A DNA stretch of 63,721 nt, counting the filler. It is 13 parts of 13 records of this genome, joined end to end, with 100 filler letters (N's around TTAATTAATTAA, not from the genome) between each part and the next. Parts side by side here need not be neighbours in the genome. Positions count along the whole stretch, not along the records: positions 1 to 5,713 come from SRR15195285_6550; positions 5,814 to 10,435 come from SRR15195285_6553; positions 10,536 to 13,661 come from SRR15195285_6554; 10 more parts are not named here. One strand, written 5' to 3'. Each line of letters starts with the position of its first letter. Positions within the stretch are counted from its first letter, which is position 1. The notes below the pieces were generated by a model, which did not search any database, was not told the origin of the DNA, and saw nothing but the letters and a program-made list of their open reading frames with translations. Positions 1 to 13,500 of the stretch are shown one piece after another. The position numbers and the translations under genes are program-made.

Positions 1-3000
1 GCCTGGGCTGCGATTGCCCCTGGTGGTCGCCCTCTTTCCGTATCCAGTGCGGTGGTGGGTGCGGTGGGTGTGGTGGGTGGTGGAGATGGTGCAGCTGCAG
101 CACCACAAGGAGGGCGGGATCGAGCGCTGCACGCTGCACAAGTCCGCGCCCCTGAACCGCAGCATTCTCACGGCGGTGTTCGTCGTCATCTATGCGTACA
201 CCGCCTCCGAGATGTACGCGACGATGGGCTTGCCGCGCCAGGAGGCGATCCTACAGCAGGAGACCCTGCGCATCAAGACGCTGCAGGAACTCGCGGAGGA
301 GCAGACCGAGCTGGGCGCAGGCGCGCTCGCCGCCGACACAGCTGCCGACGAGCTGGACGAAGAAGAGGAGGACGGCGGCGAGGTGGTCTGGCAGACGGCG
401 GAGCTCGTGGACCACGACGAGGACGACAGTCTGGTAGAGGACGACGACGAGCGACCGCTGCCGTCAGTCTACCTCCCGAGCGCGTTCTCGTGCTGCGTGC
501 TCTTCATGGCTGTGACGTTGCACTCGTTGTTTTACCTCGGCTGCCACTGGTCTGTAACATTCACCGCCCGGGCGCTCTACACCGACGCCGACCAGGCTGA
601 AGAGGGCGCGTACGTGCAAATTCAGCCGAAGGAGCATCGTGGCAAGGCTGCGATGGTGCGGATGGTGCGCTCGGCTCGTACCGGCCGGCTCACGTTCGAA
701 TTCCAGCGCCAGAAGTTCGAGTACTACGAAGCACACGAGCTTCGGCGCTTGAAGCAGAAGGGCGAGGACGTGGAAGAGCTCGAAGGCGGCGACCCAGAGA
801 ACGGTGCTGTCCGGCTGATCGGCTGCCCAGTTGGCGAGCAGCTGGGCTTCTACATTGATTCGAAAGGTCTGAAGAAGCAAGAGGAGGTCGACTCGCGCAA
901 GGACCACTTCGGGGAGAACCGCCTCGCCATCAAGCAGCCCACTTTCGTAGAGCTGATGGTGGACCAGCTTCTCTCGCCGATCGCCGTGTTCCAGGTCTTC
1001 TGCTCGGTTCTCTGGCTGCTGGACGCGTACTGGCAGTACACAGTATTCACCGTCTTTTCCATCGTGATGCTAGAGTCCACGAGTGCGTTCCAGCGCCTCA
1101 AGACGCTGCAGCAGCTGTCTGGGATGTCTTCGAAGCCATACGCCGTGAAGGTGTATCGCATGGGCAAGTGGCACGACATGATGACGGAGGAATTATTGCC
1201 CGGGGACCTCGTGTCGCTCAAGGGGAACCGCGTGTCAAAGGCAGTCGCCAAACCAGGAGCACCGGGCGCGCCTGCGCCTGCACCGGGTGCACGACCACCG
1301 ATGCCACCGCCTGGTTCCGATATCGTTCCCTGCGACTGTCTCGTCCTGAGCGGCAGCGCGGTAGTCAACGAATCGTCCTTGACTGGCGAATCAGTCCCGC
1401 TGATGAAGGAAGCTGTGCAGCCTGACACCAAGGACAAGGAAGGGAAGGAGCGTCGGCTTGCTTTCGACGGCCGCGACCGGCTGAACACCCTTTTCTCTGG
1501 CACACAAATTGTGAGCGCCGGAGCCTCGGGTGGACACTGTGGCGGTGATCTGCCGACGACACCAGATGGTGGGTGTCTCTGCTACGTTCTACGTACCGGT
1601 TTCAGCTCTTCGCAAGGGGAGCTGGTGCAGCTGATCGAGTTCTCCACCCAGAAGGTCTCGGCAGACTCGAAGGAGATTTTCATGGCGTTATTCCTGCTGC
1701 TAATCTTTGCGCTCGTCGCTGCTGGATACGTGATGAAGACAGGGCTGGAAAAGGGTGACCGTACCACACACGAGCTCCTTCTCAAGTGCGTCATCATCAT
1801 CACTTCGGTCGTGCCACGCCAGCTTCCCGTGCAGATGGCGATGGCAGTCAACCAGGCTCTGATGTCACTGACTAAGTCTGGCATTTTCTGCACCGAACCG
1901 TATCGCGTACCTCTCGCGGGTAAGATTACGCACTGTCTGTTCGACAAGACAGGAACCATCACGACAGATACTCTCGTCCCCGTGGGTGTCGTCAACGGTG
2001 GCGACGGGCTAGTTGCCGGTGCTCGCGTGGCGCTAAATGGAATCAAGAGTAAGCCGGAGCTTAATGGCCAGAGCGGTGTTCTGATCGGAAAGAGCGAAGG
2101 GGACTCCAGTCGTTACTCAGTCAGAGTAGACGATAAACGCATGTCTTTGAAGCCAGAAACTCTTGAACCGACCGGTGCTCCGCCAGAACGGGTGCCAGTC
2201 CCCGATGCAGGTCAGAACGTGGCGATGGTGTTGAGCTCGTGCCACGCATTGATGCGCATAGAAGGCGCCACTGATCTGATCGGCGACCCGATCGAAATTG
2301 CTGGCCTGCGCGGTGTCGGGTGGAGATTTGACGCTGGCGATGGCACTTCACGGCCAGGCAGATGGGAAGACGCCGAGAAGGCCGCCGTACAACTGAATGT
2401 CAAGCTCGACAAGCTGGAGGCAGGCACGGCGCAGAGAGCTGAGTGCGAGCTGGAAATGGAGAAAATTCAGGCTAGCATTCGTCAGCAAAAGTCTAGAGCG
2501 GAAGCCTCACCCGTTCGAGCCATCAAAATCCTTCACCGCTATCACTTCGCCTCAGCACTGCAGCGCATGTCAACAGTGTGTGACGTGTCGGCTACAGGCG
2601 AATCCAAATCGGGGAAGGTGTGCTTGGTCAAAGGTTCACCTGAGGCAGTGCAGAAATTGCTCGCACAAGGCAAGGAGCCAAGTTGGTATGAAGACACTTA
2701 CCGGACGATGGCGGAGCGTGGCTTCCGTGTGCTGGCTCTCGCGTACAAGTGGGCGCCAGATCTTGACGTGAGTAACGCTCCGGATCGCAAAACCGTTGAA
2801 AGCGGACTCAGCTTCGCTGGGTTCGTCGCATTTGAGTGTAAGACTCGATCGGACTCGCCGACAGTCATCACAGCGCTTGAGCAGGCCGCTCTCCAAACTG
2901 GAATGCTGACCGGCGATGCACCGCTCACAGCCCTGCATGTGGCACGGAAGGTGGGGATGTGTTCGAAGGACAAACCTGCGCTGGAACTTACACTGTCTCC

Positions 3001-5340
3001 TGACAGTGAATTTGGCGTGTGCTGGACTGTCGCGGTTGGCGCATCAAAGGAGACTGTACCTTTCGAGATCTCGACGGTCGAAGGTCTACGTGAAAAGTAC
3101 GAGCTAATGTCGACGGAGGCTGTACTGCTCAAGGCTGCGGCAAATAGTGGGGAGGAAGAGTCACCGGTGTGGTCCATAGTCCAGCACATTACCGTCTTCG
3201 CGCGTATGTCGCCGCAAGGTAAGGCCCAGATTATCCGCTCAATGCAGCAGCTACACGGTCATCAGGTCCTCATGTGTGGCGATGGCGGTAACGATGTCGG
3301 TGCGCTTAAGCAAGCCGATGTTGGAATTGCTCTTCTTGGGGGCTTCGGCAATAGTATGATTGGTGAACAGGCAGAGGAGACGGAAGACAGTGAGGCCAAG
3401 GAACAACACGGGAATGACGCGAATGCGGAAGACGACCTGAACAAGTCGCAAGAAGAACTACAACGCAAGGGGAAAGAGTCGGCGACACTGCGACAAAAGC
3501 TGCTCAAAGACAAGCAAGCAGAGCTAGCTGGCCTGCAACAGCAATGGATGCAAGAGGAGCTAGCGGCGATGGAGGCGCGCGACGGTCAGCCTCCAGGTGT
3601 GATGGCCAACATGACCGCAGTGAAAAACGTCACGATGCGGCTCAAGAACGAAATGGCTGCTTACCAGCGTGAGCTGAATGTGAAATACGGAAACGTATAT
3701 GACAAGCCAGACGACATCATGGACATGGAGGCAGGGGCCGGAATGAACATTATCCGCCCTGGAGATGCATCAGTCGCTGCCCCGTTCACTTCTCGCATAC
3801 CATCCTTGCGCTCCTGTATCGACCTGCTCCGGCAGGGACGGTGCACACTGCTCTCTGCGCTTCAACAGCAGCAGATCATGATGCTTGAATGCATGATATC
3901 CGCTTATACCTTGTCGGCTCTATCGCTGGAAGGCGCCCGATCATCGGAGAGGCAAATGATGGCGTCGTCATGGCTCATCATGACGGCTTCTCTTGCTTTT
4001 TCGTACGCAACACCGATCAAGTCGATGTCGCCGGTTCGGCCTCTGAAGTCCCTGTTCCACCCTGGGATTTTCATCTCGATTCTAGGGCAGGCGGCGATCC
4101 ATCTATACTGTATGGTCTATGCGGTCAACATGGCGAAAGAGCAAATGGGCGACAAGCACCGAATGAACGGCCAATGCCGCGATGCAAACGACATGCTCCT
4201 TGCTGCGACAACGGAGGAGCTCTGTGGCGAGGCAGACGGGACGTGGTCTGACAACGGACCTTGCCTGCAAGAGGTGATCACTTTCTTCAAGAAAGTCAAG
4301 GCGGGAGAAGAGGTTGACCCCAACGATGAGGACCCATTAGCTGAGATCATGGCGTTGTGGTCCACCCCATTCCTGCCCAACCTCATGAACTCCACCGTCT
4401 TCCTCGTGGAGACTGCGCAAATCATTGCAGTGCTTTTTGTCAATTACAAGGGGCGCCCCTGGATGAATGGTCTCACCGAGAACCATCCGCTCTTTCTCTC
4501 CATTTTTGCGTGCATTGGCGGCGTTACGTTTCTTGCTTTCGAGGTGCGAACACACCCAGCTCTTCCTTAGCCACCTGCTGTTTGTTTTCCTGTTCGTGAC
4601 GATGATTCATGTGATTTTTCCGATGCTCGACCTAACAACTCGAGCTTGGGCCCCAATCCCACACATGAGCGATCTACATTATCATTCCGACACTTGATAT
4701 GAGTCCTGAACACACACCAAAAAATGCGCACGCGTTCTCCATGAGCTCAGCTGCTGCTGCTTTAGTGGCGGTCGCAGCGCCCTCACGTCGTACTTTATTG
4801 AAGCGCGCTGTACTGCGTGCGCACGTTGCAGATGAGCCCGGACATCAACCACATGCTGCACCTGTCTGTGTTTCCAGACGATGAATTTCGCCAAACGACG
4901 ATATTCCTGGTCTGCATGTCCATTGCGGGCACATTCCTCTGGGATAGATTCGTCCTTCTAATTTTCGGTCCGCCGTCCACCTTGCCTGCTCCTGCTACGC
5001 ACTTTGCGTCTACCCACTGCTGCCTCTGCGTTTAGAACGATGACCGTCGCTGAGAAACTGACCGCTCAACTGCGCCTGATCGCACCTGCTCGCAGCCAAC
5101 CACATATTCATGGCCATGTGGAGGGAGGCCCTAAAGACGTCTCTAATGGACTGCCTGCCGATCTTCGGTTCGTTGGCCAAGGTCGCTGTCGGCATTGTTG
5201 TGCTGGGCTCTGGGAACCCTCTGATCTGGGGTGGTGCGTGGTACTTCAATAAGAGGCGCAAAGCGATGACAGAAGAATGGGATAACCAGAAGCGACTCAA
5301 AGAGGTCGAAGAGAAGAAGAGGCAAAAACTGGGGCAGTGA
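1..5340 (+). CDS. P5A-type ATPase (ATP13A1/Spf1-like), 5' partial, 3 exons (~1-4543, ~4831-4965, ~5096-5340)
   Basis: Motifs VPCDC, LTGESVP, LFDKTGT (phospho-Asp), FASALQRMS, KGSPE, LTGD, FARMSPQGK, MCGDGGNDVGALKQA, GDASVAAPFTS, RQGRCTL; GT-AG introns join the C-terminal TM exons. Confidence 0.93.
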
Positions 5341-5713
5341 AACAGTGAAACTGCTCCCTGGTGAATGCAATATATTCCAGCTCCGTTAAGCATAAGCAGC
5401 CATACGCCTCCACGCATTCGATACTATAGTGCGTTGTTCACCTACCAGGGATCGCTCGGTATTGCTGTATTGGCGGAGTAGCTGCCGAGCCCGCCGGTCT
5501 GGGCTGCTACAATCGGCAGTGGGGAGGGCGCGCCGCGAACTTCGGCCTGGCGTATTCGATCTCTAGAGGATACCGTCAGTACATCTACATGTTCTAATGT
5601 AGTGCCATGTCGCGGCGCGCGAGGGCGCGGCGGGCGCGCGCGGCGCGCGTGGAGGGGGCCAGGTGGTGATCTCGGGGAGTATCTGAGGAATGTGTCGAAT
5701 CCGGGGTGAAGAC

Positions 5714-5813
5714 NNNNNNNNNNNNNNNNNNNNNNNNNNNNNNNNNNNNNNNNNNNNTTAATTAATTAANNNNNNNNNNNNNNNNNNNNNNNNNNNNNNN
5801 NNNNNNNNNNNNN
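5714..5813. other. Artificial contig spacer N44-TTAATTAATTAA-N44
   Basis: Identical 100-bp linker repeated 12 times in the window; stop codons in all six frames. Confidence 0.98.
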
Positions 5814-5841
5814 TCTCTCTCTCTCTCTCTCTCTCTCTCTC
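5814..5841. repeat. (TC)n microsatellite at contig start, ending at a 3' splice site
   Basis: tctctc...tcag directly before the GH3 exon. Confidence 0.9.
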
Positions 5842-5843
5842 AG

Positions 5844-8800
5844 GACACAGGCAACCCTGCGATCGAGCGCCTGGGTGTTGCGAGCATGCAGGGGGGCGAG
5901 TGCACGCATGGCGTCGCTGGCGGCTGTGGTGCCGCAGTTGCGGGCTCCACGGGATGTCCGACATCGTTCCCGTCTGGCCCAGCCCTCGGGGCGACATTCG
6001 ACAAGGACATTTGGTCAAAGGTGGGGCAGACCATTGGGCGCGAGGCTCGTGCACTAAACAATCAGGCCATCCCTGACCCGGGTGTAGCCGAGTCACGCAA
6101 AGGTGTTCCGGGGCTTCCACCGAACGGAAAGAGCGGGATCTACTTCCTCGACCCGAACATTAACTGTATGGACAACATACTTGCCCTCTATCCCATTTCG
6201 CTATCAAATCATCGCTGACGTCCTTGAACCTGCACGGATGCCAGTGATGCGCGATCCGCGTTGGGGTCGTGCCCAAGAGGTCCCAGGTACGTGGCAAATT
6301 TCCAATGGCTTCGAACATCTTGACAGTTGATCTTTGAGTGGTTGTCTTTATGGATCGTTCCAGGAGAATGTCCGAAGCTGACATCGGAATACGCTGCGAA
6401 TCTCATCAGTGGGGCACAACGGGGAAACACAACGACGTCGCATGATGAAGACCCACGTTTCTGGCTCTCTGCCGTGACCGCAAAGCACTTCTCGATGTAT
6501 GACATGGAGGGCTACATTCCTCGGACACCACTAGAGGCCAAGGCTGCCATTCCAGGTGTACCTTCGGCGACGGCTGATACCACCGGTGGTGTGCAACGAT
6601 GGAACTTTGAGTAAGTCAAGCTTGGATGTTCATTGGATTCCGACCAAAAAACCAAAGTGCGCTCATTTAAAGAATATCCTGCGTCCACAGCGCAAGCCCA
6701 CCGCTCTCTGACTTCGTTGACTACTACATGCCACCCTTCAAGAGTGCGGTACAGCGAGGTAAATACCGAACTTCTGCGAACTTGTTTTGATCATACTTAA
6801 ATTCTGCCAGAAGTTCCTCACATATCTCAACCGTTTTTCGACCGTTTTCTCTCTGCAGGTCGGGTTGCGTCAATTATGTGTTCTTACAACGCAGCGTACG
6901 GAAAGCCAACTTGCGCCAGCGACGAGATGAACAATCAGATGGTCCGCTCCGACTGGGACTGGGACGGCTTCTTTGTCTCCGACTGTGAGATGCACAAAAT
7001 TGTCTGCGTAGATGATTGCTCTTCCACACTGACCATTGAAAAATGAAAAATGAATTCAAGGAGAGACAGTGCGAGAGGGACAGAGAGCCACAGAGCTGAT
7101 GAGTGTGGCCATGGCCGATGCCCTGGCAGGCACAGCACTTGAGCTCATGCAAGACGTCAAGTGGGACAACTGCAAGCCACCGTACTCGCCAGGAAACTGC
7201 ACCCCTGACCCGTTTTCCGGTGGTCACAACTACACTGGATGGTGTGGTGACAAAGCCTGCCCAGTAAATTCTAAGGAGGGCGTAGGTAAGAACTTCAATG
7301 TATCAGCCACGTTGGTCTGCTCTACCAATCTATCATGTTCTGCTGCTGCGTGTCGAATTGATTCAACTGAGGAAGAGGGATTAAAATTCAATCGACTGAT
7401 CGAGTTCGGTGGCTGTCGATTAGGAGCAACTGTTGCAGCTGCACTGAATGATGGCGGGATTGATTACAATTGTGGCCCACTGTAAATATTCTCATTGATT
7501 CAAATTAGCTGCATCTTGTCCTTCTCACAGCTTACAGTGTTTATTGCTGTGCCCTGGTTGCCTCACTCTGCAGATACAAGACACAGTTGTACAACGCGCT
7601 GCAACTCGGGGCGGTTACCGAGGCAGACATTGATCGCGCTGCCGGTCGGATCTACCATACTCAGATCAAGCTAGGAATGCTGGATGAACCGGAGGACCAG
7701 GAATACCAGAGATGGGGACCGGAGATGGTTGATACTGTTGAATCTCGAGCTCTCTCTCGCCGCGCCGCGCAGGAAGGTCTTGTGCTGCTGAAGAACGAGC
7801 CGCCTGTACTGGCTACAGGAACGGCGATCCATACCAGTGGACCGGTGCTGCCGCTGACGAAGGGGCTGAAACTTGCATTTATTGGGCCACACGCCAACTC
7901 AACTCAATCGCTGCTTTCCAACTATCACGGTAAGAACGAACTAGTAAACTCACACTCACCTCTATTGGCTGCACAAGCCGCGGGGTTGAATGTATCCTAT
8001 GCAATGGGGTGCAACATCTGCGATTTTCCGGTGAGAACCTCACTGCTTCATTCTCTGCCAGCCACGCGTTCAAACCCCGAGCTGAGCGACAATGTTGCAC
8101 TGACGGTATCCCGGCTTTCAGATCGGAAAAAATCCCGGGTTTCCGAACATGCCTTGTCCCGATGGGAAGGCGGTTGACAAGTCCGGGTTTCCAGCCGCTG
8201 TGGCTGCGGCCAAGGCAGCCGATGTCGCCGTAGTCTTTCTTGGCAGTGACCAGACCACAGAGGCAGAGAACTATGACCGCAAGGAGATTGGATTGGCAGG
8301 AGTGCAGGAGGAGCTGCTTGCGTCAGTGGTGGCTGTTAACGCGCAAACTGTTTTGGTGCTGATTAATGGCGGTCCCTTGGCCGTCGAAAGCGCAAAGGAG
8401 ACCGTACCGGCGATGTGAGCATAGTTTCTTTCTGTTTTATGCTGTGGTTCTTGATGCCAGCTACTGTACTGCCTTTCGTGCGCTTCTAGATGGATTTTGT
8501 CCTGGCGCTCTGCTATCGTGCCACAGCGCTTTGTGTGGTCTCAATTTTTGATTTCAAGGTTATTGAGACGCATCCGTGCGCGCGTGTGCATGTGCAACGT
8601 GTGGTGTGTGTTGTCTGACATGCATGATAGTATCGAGGCCTTCTACCCCGGTCAGCTGGGTGGTGATGCAATCATCGACGCTCTTACAGGTGCTGTCAAC
8701 AATTTCGGGAAGCTGCCCGGTGAGCACAGGGCAGTGCCGATCACTGCAACTTAATCTATTTGAATGCAACAGATCTAGCAGCTATCTTGGTTTGGGGGCA

Positions 8801-9573
8801 TATGTCTTGGTCATGTCGGAAGCTGTTCTCGAGACTGTAGCTGGTACTGAGACGATATGTGTCACTCTTACGTGTCAGTGACAACCTATTACAAGAACTT
8901 CACGCAGCGCGACGTGCGGGACGTCGACATGAGCCACGGGACCGGGATTACATATCGCCACTTTGCTGGTTCCGTTCTGTGGCCTTTCGGGTTCGGTGCG
9001 ACTGGCACACGCGCACACGCCTAGAGATTGAGCGCGACACAGATCCACAGACGATGGACTTGACTGGTTGCTCATGCAGGACTATCGTACACCACTTTCT
9101 CCTACAAATGGTCCGATGTTCTGGGTGCTTCGGGACTGCCGCTGGTTGTCAGTGCGGGCGACGTCCACAGCAGCGGATCAATTGACCACGCAGTTGAAGT
9201 GACCAATACCGGCAATGTCGCGGGTGACTGCGTGGTTCTGGCCTTTGCGGTTGCACAAAGCAATTTCCACGGAACGAACAAAGATGCAGCTGAGGCTCCC
9301 CTTAAGCAGCTTTTTGGTTTCGAGCGCTTACACGACATGGCGCCAGGAGAGAAGCGATCGGTCCTGTTTAGTTCCACCGCTGAAGACTTCTCAGTCGTTG
9401 ACAGCGGTGGGAATCGCTGGCTCAGGCCGCGTCGTTTCAACATTGAGATCGGAGATGTCCTCGTCCCAGCACGCCGCGAAGTTGTGATTGAAGGCAAGGA
9501 ACGCTTGCTCGAAGCAGCTGGGTCATGGGCGGAAGCGGCTGCAGCACACCTGTCTGGGATATCGCAGAAATGA
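5844..9573 (+). CDS. GH3 beta-xylosidase/beta-glucosidase, multi-exon, 5' partial
   Basis: PAIERLG, ECTHG, PNIN/RDPRWGRAQEVPGE, AKHF, MCSYN, VSDC nucleophile motif across an intron, VLLKN, IGPHAN, EAENYDR, FYPGQLGG, TYR/PFGFGLSYT, C-terminal Fn3-like KQLFGFER; about 10 GT-AG introns. Confidence 0.95.
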
Positions 9574-9671
9574 TGAATGGATTGCAGTTGAATTTTGCGA
9601 AATTGAATCTGAAACAGAGGTTTGAACAGTGCGCCAGAAACCACTGTTTCCCATCAGCTCCTCACAATCTA

Positions 9672-10377
9672 CTATAGTCCCATCTCCGCTTTCAGTCTGG
9701 CTATTTCCGCTTGGACAGCATCAAGTTCATCTCCGCCCTCCCCGCTGTCCTCTGCACCTGCTGGCTTGGCTTGAGGAGCAAGCGCAGGGACAAGCGAACG
9801 GTCTGTCTGAGACAGTGGCGCTACAGACAGACCGTTCGCTTGTCCCTGCGCCACTGTCTCTCGCCGGCCCGCCCATTGATTCGGATTTCCTGCTCGCAAT
9901 CCCTCGTCCATGGCACTGCGCACTTCCAACGAACTTGATTCGTAAGTGGCTACTTTCGCTCGCGCTGCGTTCACACTGTGCTCCGTGTGACACCAAGCCT
10001 GCTGCATGGCACCTGCTGCCGAGAGCCGTGGTCCTGGCTCTGGTTGCAACAACCCACCAAGCAGCTGTTGCAGGTCTGCAGAGAAGATCAAGTCCGGATT
10101 GCTAGCAGGCATAGGCATTTCAGCTTCACCCCTTGCCGCAGAGCCAGCTTGTCTACCAAACTCGCTGATTGTGTCAGACATAAACATCAGGCGCTGCGGA
10201 TCTAGGTCCTGCTCGAAATCGATACCATCAAACGGCAGCGCCCCCGCGACTAGCTGGTACATCATGAGGCCACATGCCCACATATCCAGCTTGTGGCCAT
10301 CGCATTCGTCTGCGAGCCACAGCTCTGGTGCCCACATGCAAGGAGTTCCGACACCCGCCGCGTTCGTCATTCCACCC
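9672..10377 (-). CDS. Ser/Thr protein kinase, last exon only (subdomains VIII-XI plus tail)
   Basis: GTPCMWAPE, KLDMWACG, LPFDG, LLQPEPGPRLSA; preceded by a CAG acceptor. Confidence 0.85.
9782..9860. repeat. Overlapping inverted repeats (28-bp arms 9782-9809/9824-9851; 13-bp arms 9809-9821/9848-9860)
   Basis: gcgcagggacaagcgaacggtctgtctg and its exact reverse complement; gagacagtggcgc and gcgccactgtctc. Confidence 0.95.
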
Positions 10378-10408
10378 TGTATGACGACACAAAATTGTGA
10401 GACTCGCA

Positions 10409-10435
10409 GTGTGTGTGTGTGTGTGTGTGTGTGTG
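10409..10435. repeat. (GT)n microsatellite at contig end
   Basis: Direct reading. Confidence 0.9.
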
Positions 10436-10535
10436 NNNNNNNNNNNNNNNNNNNNNNNNNNNNNNNNNNNNNNNNNNNNTTAATTAATTAANNNNNNNNN
10501 NNNNNNNNNNNNNNNNNNNNNNNNNNNNNNNNNNN
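10436..10535. other. Artificial contig spacer
   Basis: N44-TTAATTAATTAA-N44. Confidence 0.98.
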
Positions 10536-13500
10536 GCGCCTGTTGGACGTGGTTGAGCCCGAGGCGGTGGCGGAGGCAATCCATGAGGCACTGGATCCAA
10601 GCCGATCCAGGCCGAACCCTGTCGTTGCAGTGTACCATTCAGACAGCCGAGTGAAAGGAAAACGTAGAAGCAGATGCATCATGTTTCGCCTCTGCGTGAC
10701 CGACGTTGCGTTTCTGCACACGTTGCGGGACCGGATGCTGTTGCGGCACGATGATATGTGCACGCGTGTCCTCACGAAGCTACAAGCGTCAATTCGCAAC
10801 CCGGAGGAGGCGGCAGTGCTGGCCAAGGTCGGAGTCAACTTGACACATTTCTGCGAGCGTTATGAGGCTTCCATCTTCAGTCTGCAGAAGCTCACGCCCC
10901 ATCAACGCGATGTTCTGGCAGAGTCGCAGGAGAAGATCAAGCAGGGGTACAACATCAACATCACTGCACCGGCGGGGGCAGGCAAGACGTTCGTCGCCCT
11001 GGACTTCATGCACAGTCGGCTCGAGCAGTACGGTGAGGGGAACATCCTGTTTTGCGCGAAGAACCAGCCGCTCGCGCTGCTGGTGGCAAAGTGGATGATT
11101 AGACGGATCGGGCGCCAAAACGAAGGCACCTACCTGCCTCGTCTCCATGTGCTGTTTCATCCATTTGAATTGGGACCCCGATCGATCAAGATTGAGGACA
11201 GCACCAAAGGCAGAGTGATCGAGGTGAACCCTCTGCACCAAGGGGACGGAAGCGACACACCAGTGACGTTCGACCTGGTAGTCATAGACGAAGCACACCA
11301 CGTGTGGAGAGACCCAGTGCTGAAGCCACTGGTGGTGAAGCACATCAGCAATAAGTTCATGCTGCTCTCAGACGTGTCTCAGTCTGTCGGAGCCTTCGAG
11401 GACTTCCGCCTGTGCGAGACAGACAACAGCGTGCACCAAAAAGACATGCGCGCCGAGCACAGCAAGCCTCTGCAGGAAGCAACAGCCACGGTGGCGTTGA
11501 CACAAGTGGTTCGCAGCAGCATGCGCATCGTGGAGGCGGCGAAAGAGTTCCAGATGCAGGGCAACGACGCGCTTGAGGAAAAGAGAAACGCTACGCACTG
11601 CCACAGCGAGACGGCCGGCCCGCCACTGGAGTCGTTCTTGTTCGACGCAGAGCAAGCGGCTGCGGCGTCGCAGTATACCGAGCACACGATGAAGGCCGTG
11701 GAGCACGTGATGACCACCTTCGACGGCCTCAGGCTTGACGGGCGACTGGCGTTCATCGTGCCAGATGCCGGTTTCCGCGACATGCTCAAGGCGCCGCTGC
11801 AGCGAGCCTTGAACGGGAAGTACCCAGACGAGCGTTTCGATCTGGTCGGCGCGGCGGAAGCGGCTACAGCCTGCCCAGACGATGACGGCACGTCTGTGGG
11901 GCGCAGGCAAAGCTTGATGCTTGATCACATCGCTGAAGTTGATGGCATGGAGTGGCTCATGGTGGTGTGTGTTGGGCTGGAGACTCCGGATGACAGCTAC
12001 GAAGAGTCTCGCTCCAAACTTTACCGCGGCATCACGCGTGCGCACATGATGGTGCTGGTCGTCAACGCGTTCAAACCAGCAGGGCTGTTTGCGTTTTTGA
12101 CGGGCATCGAAATGGAGGAAGGCAAAGAGTTTGACGACAAGGCGGAGCGGGAAGCTCGAAAGGTGAAGGATGGAGCTGCCAGGGAGCTCAATAAGAAGCG
12201 CGCTGAGCAGAGGAAGAGGCAACAGGAAGAGGAAGCACAGTTGCGGGAGGCCGCTGTCCAGGCTTTCCATAAGCTTCACGACCGCCCAGACAAGCTGGAG
12301 GAGGCGCGCAAAGCGTTCCTCCAGGCGGCGGTTGTTCACGAGGTCACCAGCAGCCCTGTGCATAAGCCTGCAGTTGACGAGGATGCTGTGAGTGCATGTA
12401 TCCAACGGGCCGAGGCGCAATGGACGCGACAAGAGGCACTGAAGGGCAAGACAAAACTAGCGGTGGAGACTCGAATGTCTGAGCGGGCCACATCATTGCA
12501 GCAGCGGTTGATGGGCACAGATCATGAGCACGTTATTACCACGTTCACCAGCCGCAATACATCACCGGACTTCATCCATACAAAGGTGACAAATCAGCTG
12601 GGCGGGGAGTCAGACGACGGCAAAGTCGTTGCAAGCGTTGTCAAGGCGGTGGAAACTTCGTGGCTCGCTACGTACCTGGAGTTCGTCGTCGAATCCAAGG
12701 CAACCCAGGCCGGCATTGCTGAGTCCAGCTGCGTCAGCTCGCTGAGAGAGACTGTACAAAAGAGAGTACAACCTGCTGCAAGTGAGGCCGACATTGAAGC
12801 CCAGGCAGAGCAGGTATTTTTGCAGTGGGAACAGCTAGACAAGCTACTGTCACGCAGTGCCCAGTTGCTGTCAGGGCCGTTCGAAGCGGAGATGCGGCAA
12901 GTGGTGCTTCAACAGCAGCCAGCCATGCAAGTCCAAGCCATGAAGCTAGCAGTTGGTGACGGCCTGCAGTCTACTGTCGAAGCCCTGGTTGACGAGGCAG
13001 CGGTAAAGTTCCAGCTGGACAAGGCTCTGGGAGAGTGCGTCAAGAATAGAGCAAAGGAGTCTGCTCGACCGAAGCTAGATTCATCATCGGAGCACTTTTT
13101 GCGCGGTATGATTGCAGAGAATCTTGGTGAAAGCCGTCAGTCTGAAACCACCCTCGTCGTAGATGCTGGTCGCAAGGCGCTCGAGGAGTGGCAGTCCATC
13201 GAGGACGCCATTGCAGCGGAAGCTGAGAGGCAAGGGATTTCAACACCAGAACGCGCAGCTGATTGGATCAGCGTTGAGAGCATTATAACCGAATGCTTAG
13301 CCACGGGGCTGGAGGTGCGGCAAGTGGTGACCGGTGCCGTGACCATGTGGCGAGAGCGCAAAGAACAGAAGGCAAAGGTCAAGCAGTCCATTTGGAGCAC
13401 GAGGCAGAACACAACGTCCAACACACAGTCAGTCGAAGCCATCGCAGACGCGCTCTGGCACGCAGTTCGCGAAGATCAATGGGACACGATGCTGCGCATT

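Noticed and set aside
5844-9573. Fragmented GH3 ORFs as a pseudogene or alternative genetic code
   Set aside because: The breaks examined are explained by canonical GT-AG introns that restore conserved motifs
11368-12432. Long antisense or alternate-frame ORFs (also 19327-20304, 33897-34751, 61921-62973)
   Set aside because: Shadow ORFs of GC-rich coding sequence with no recognisable motifs
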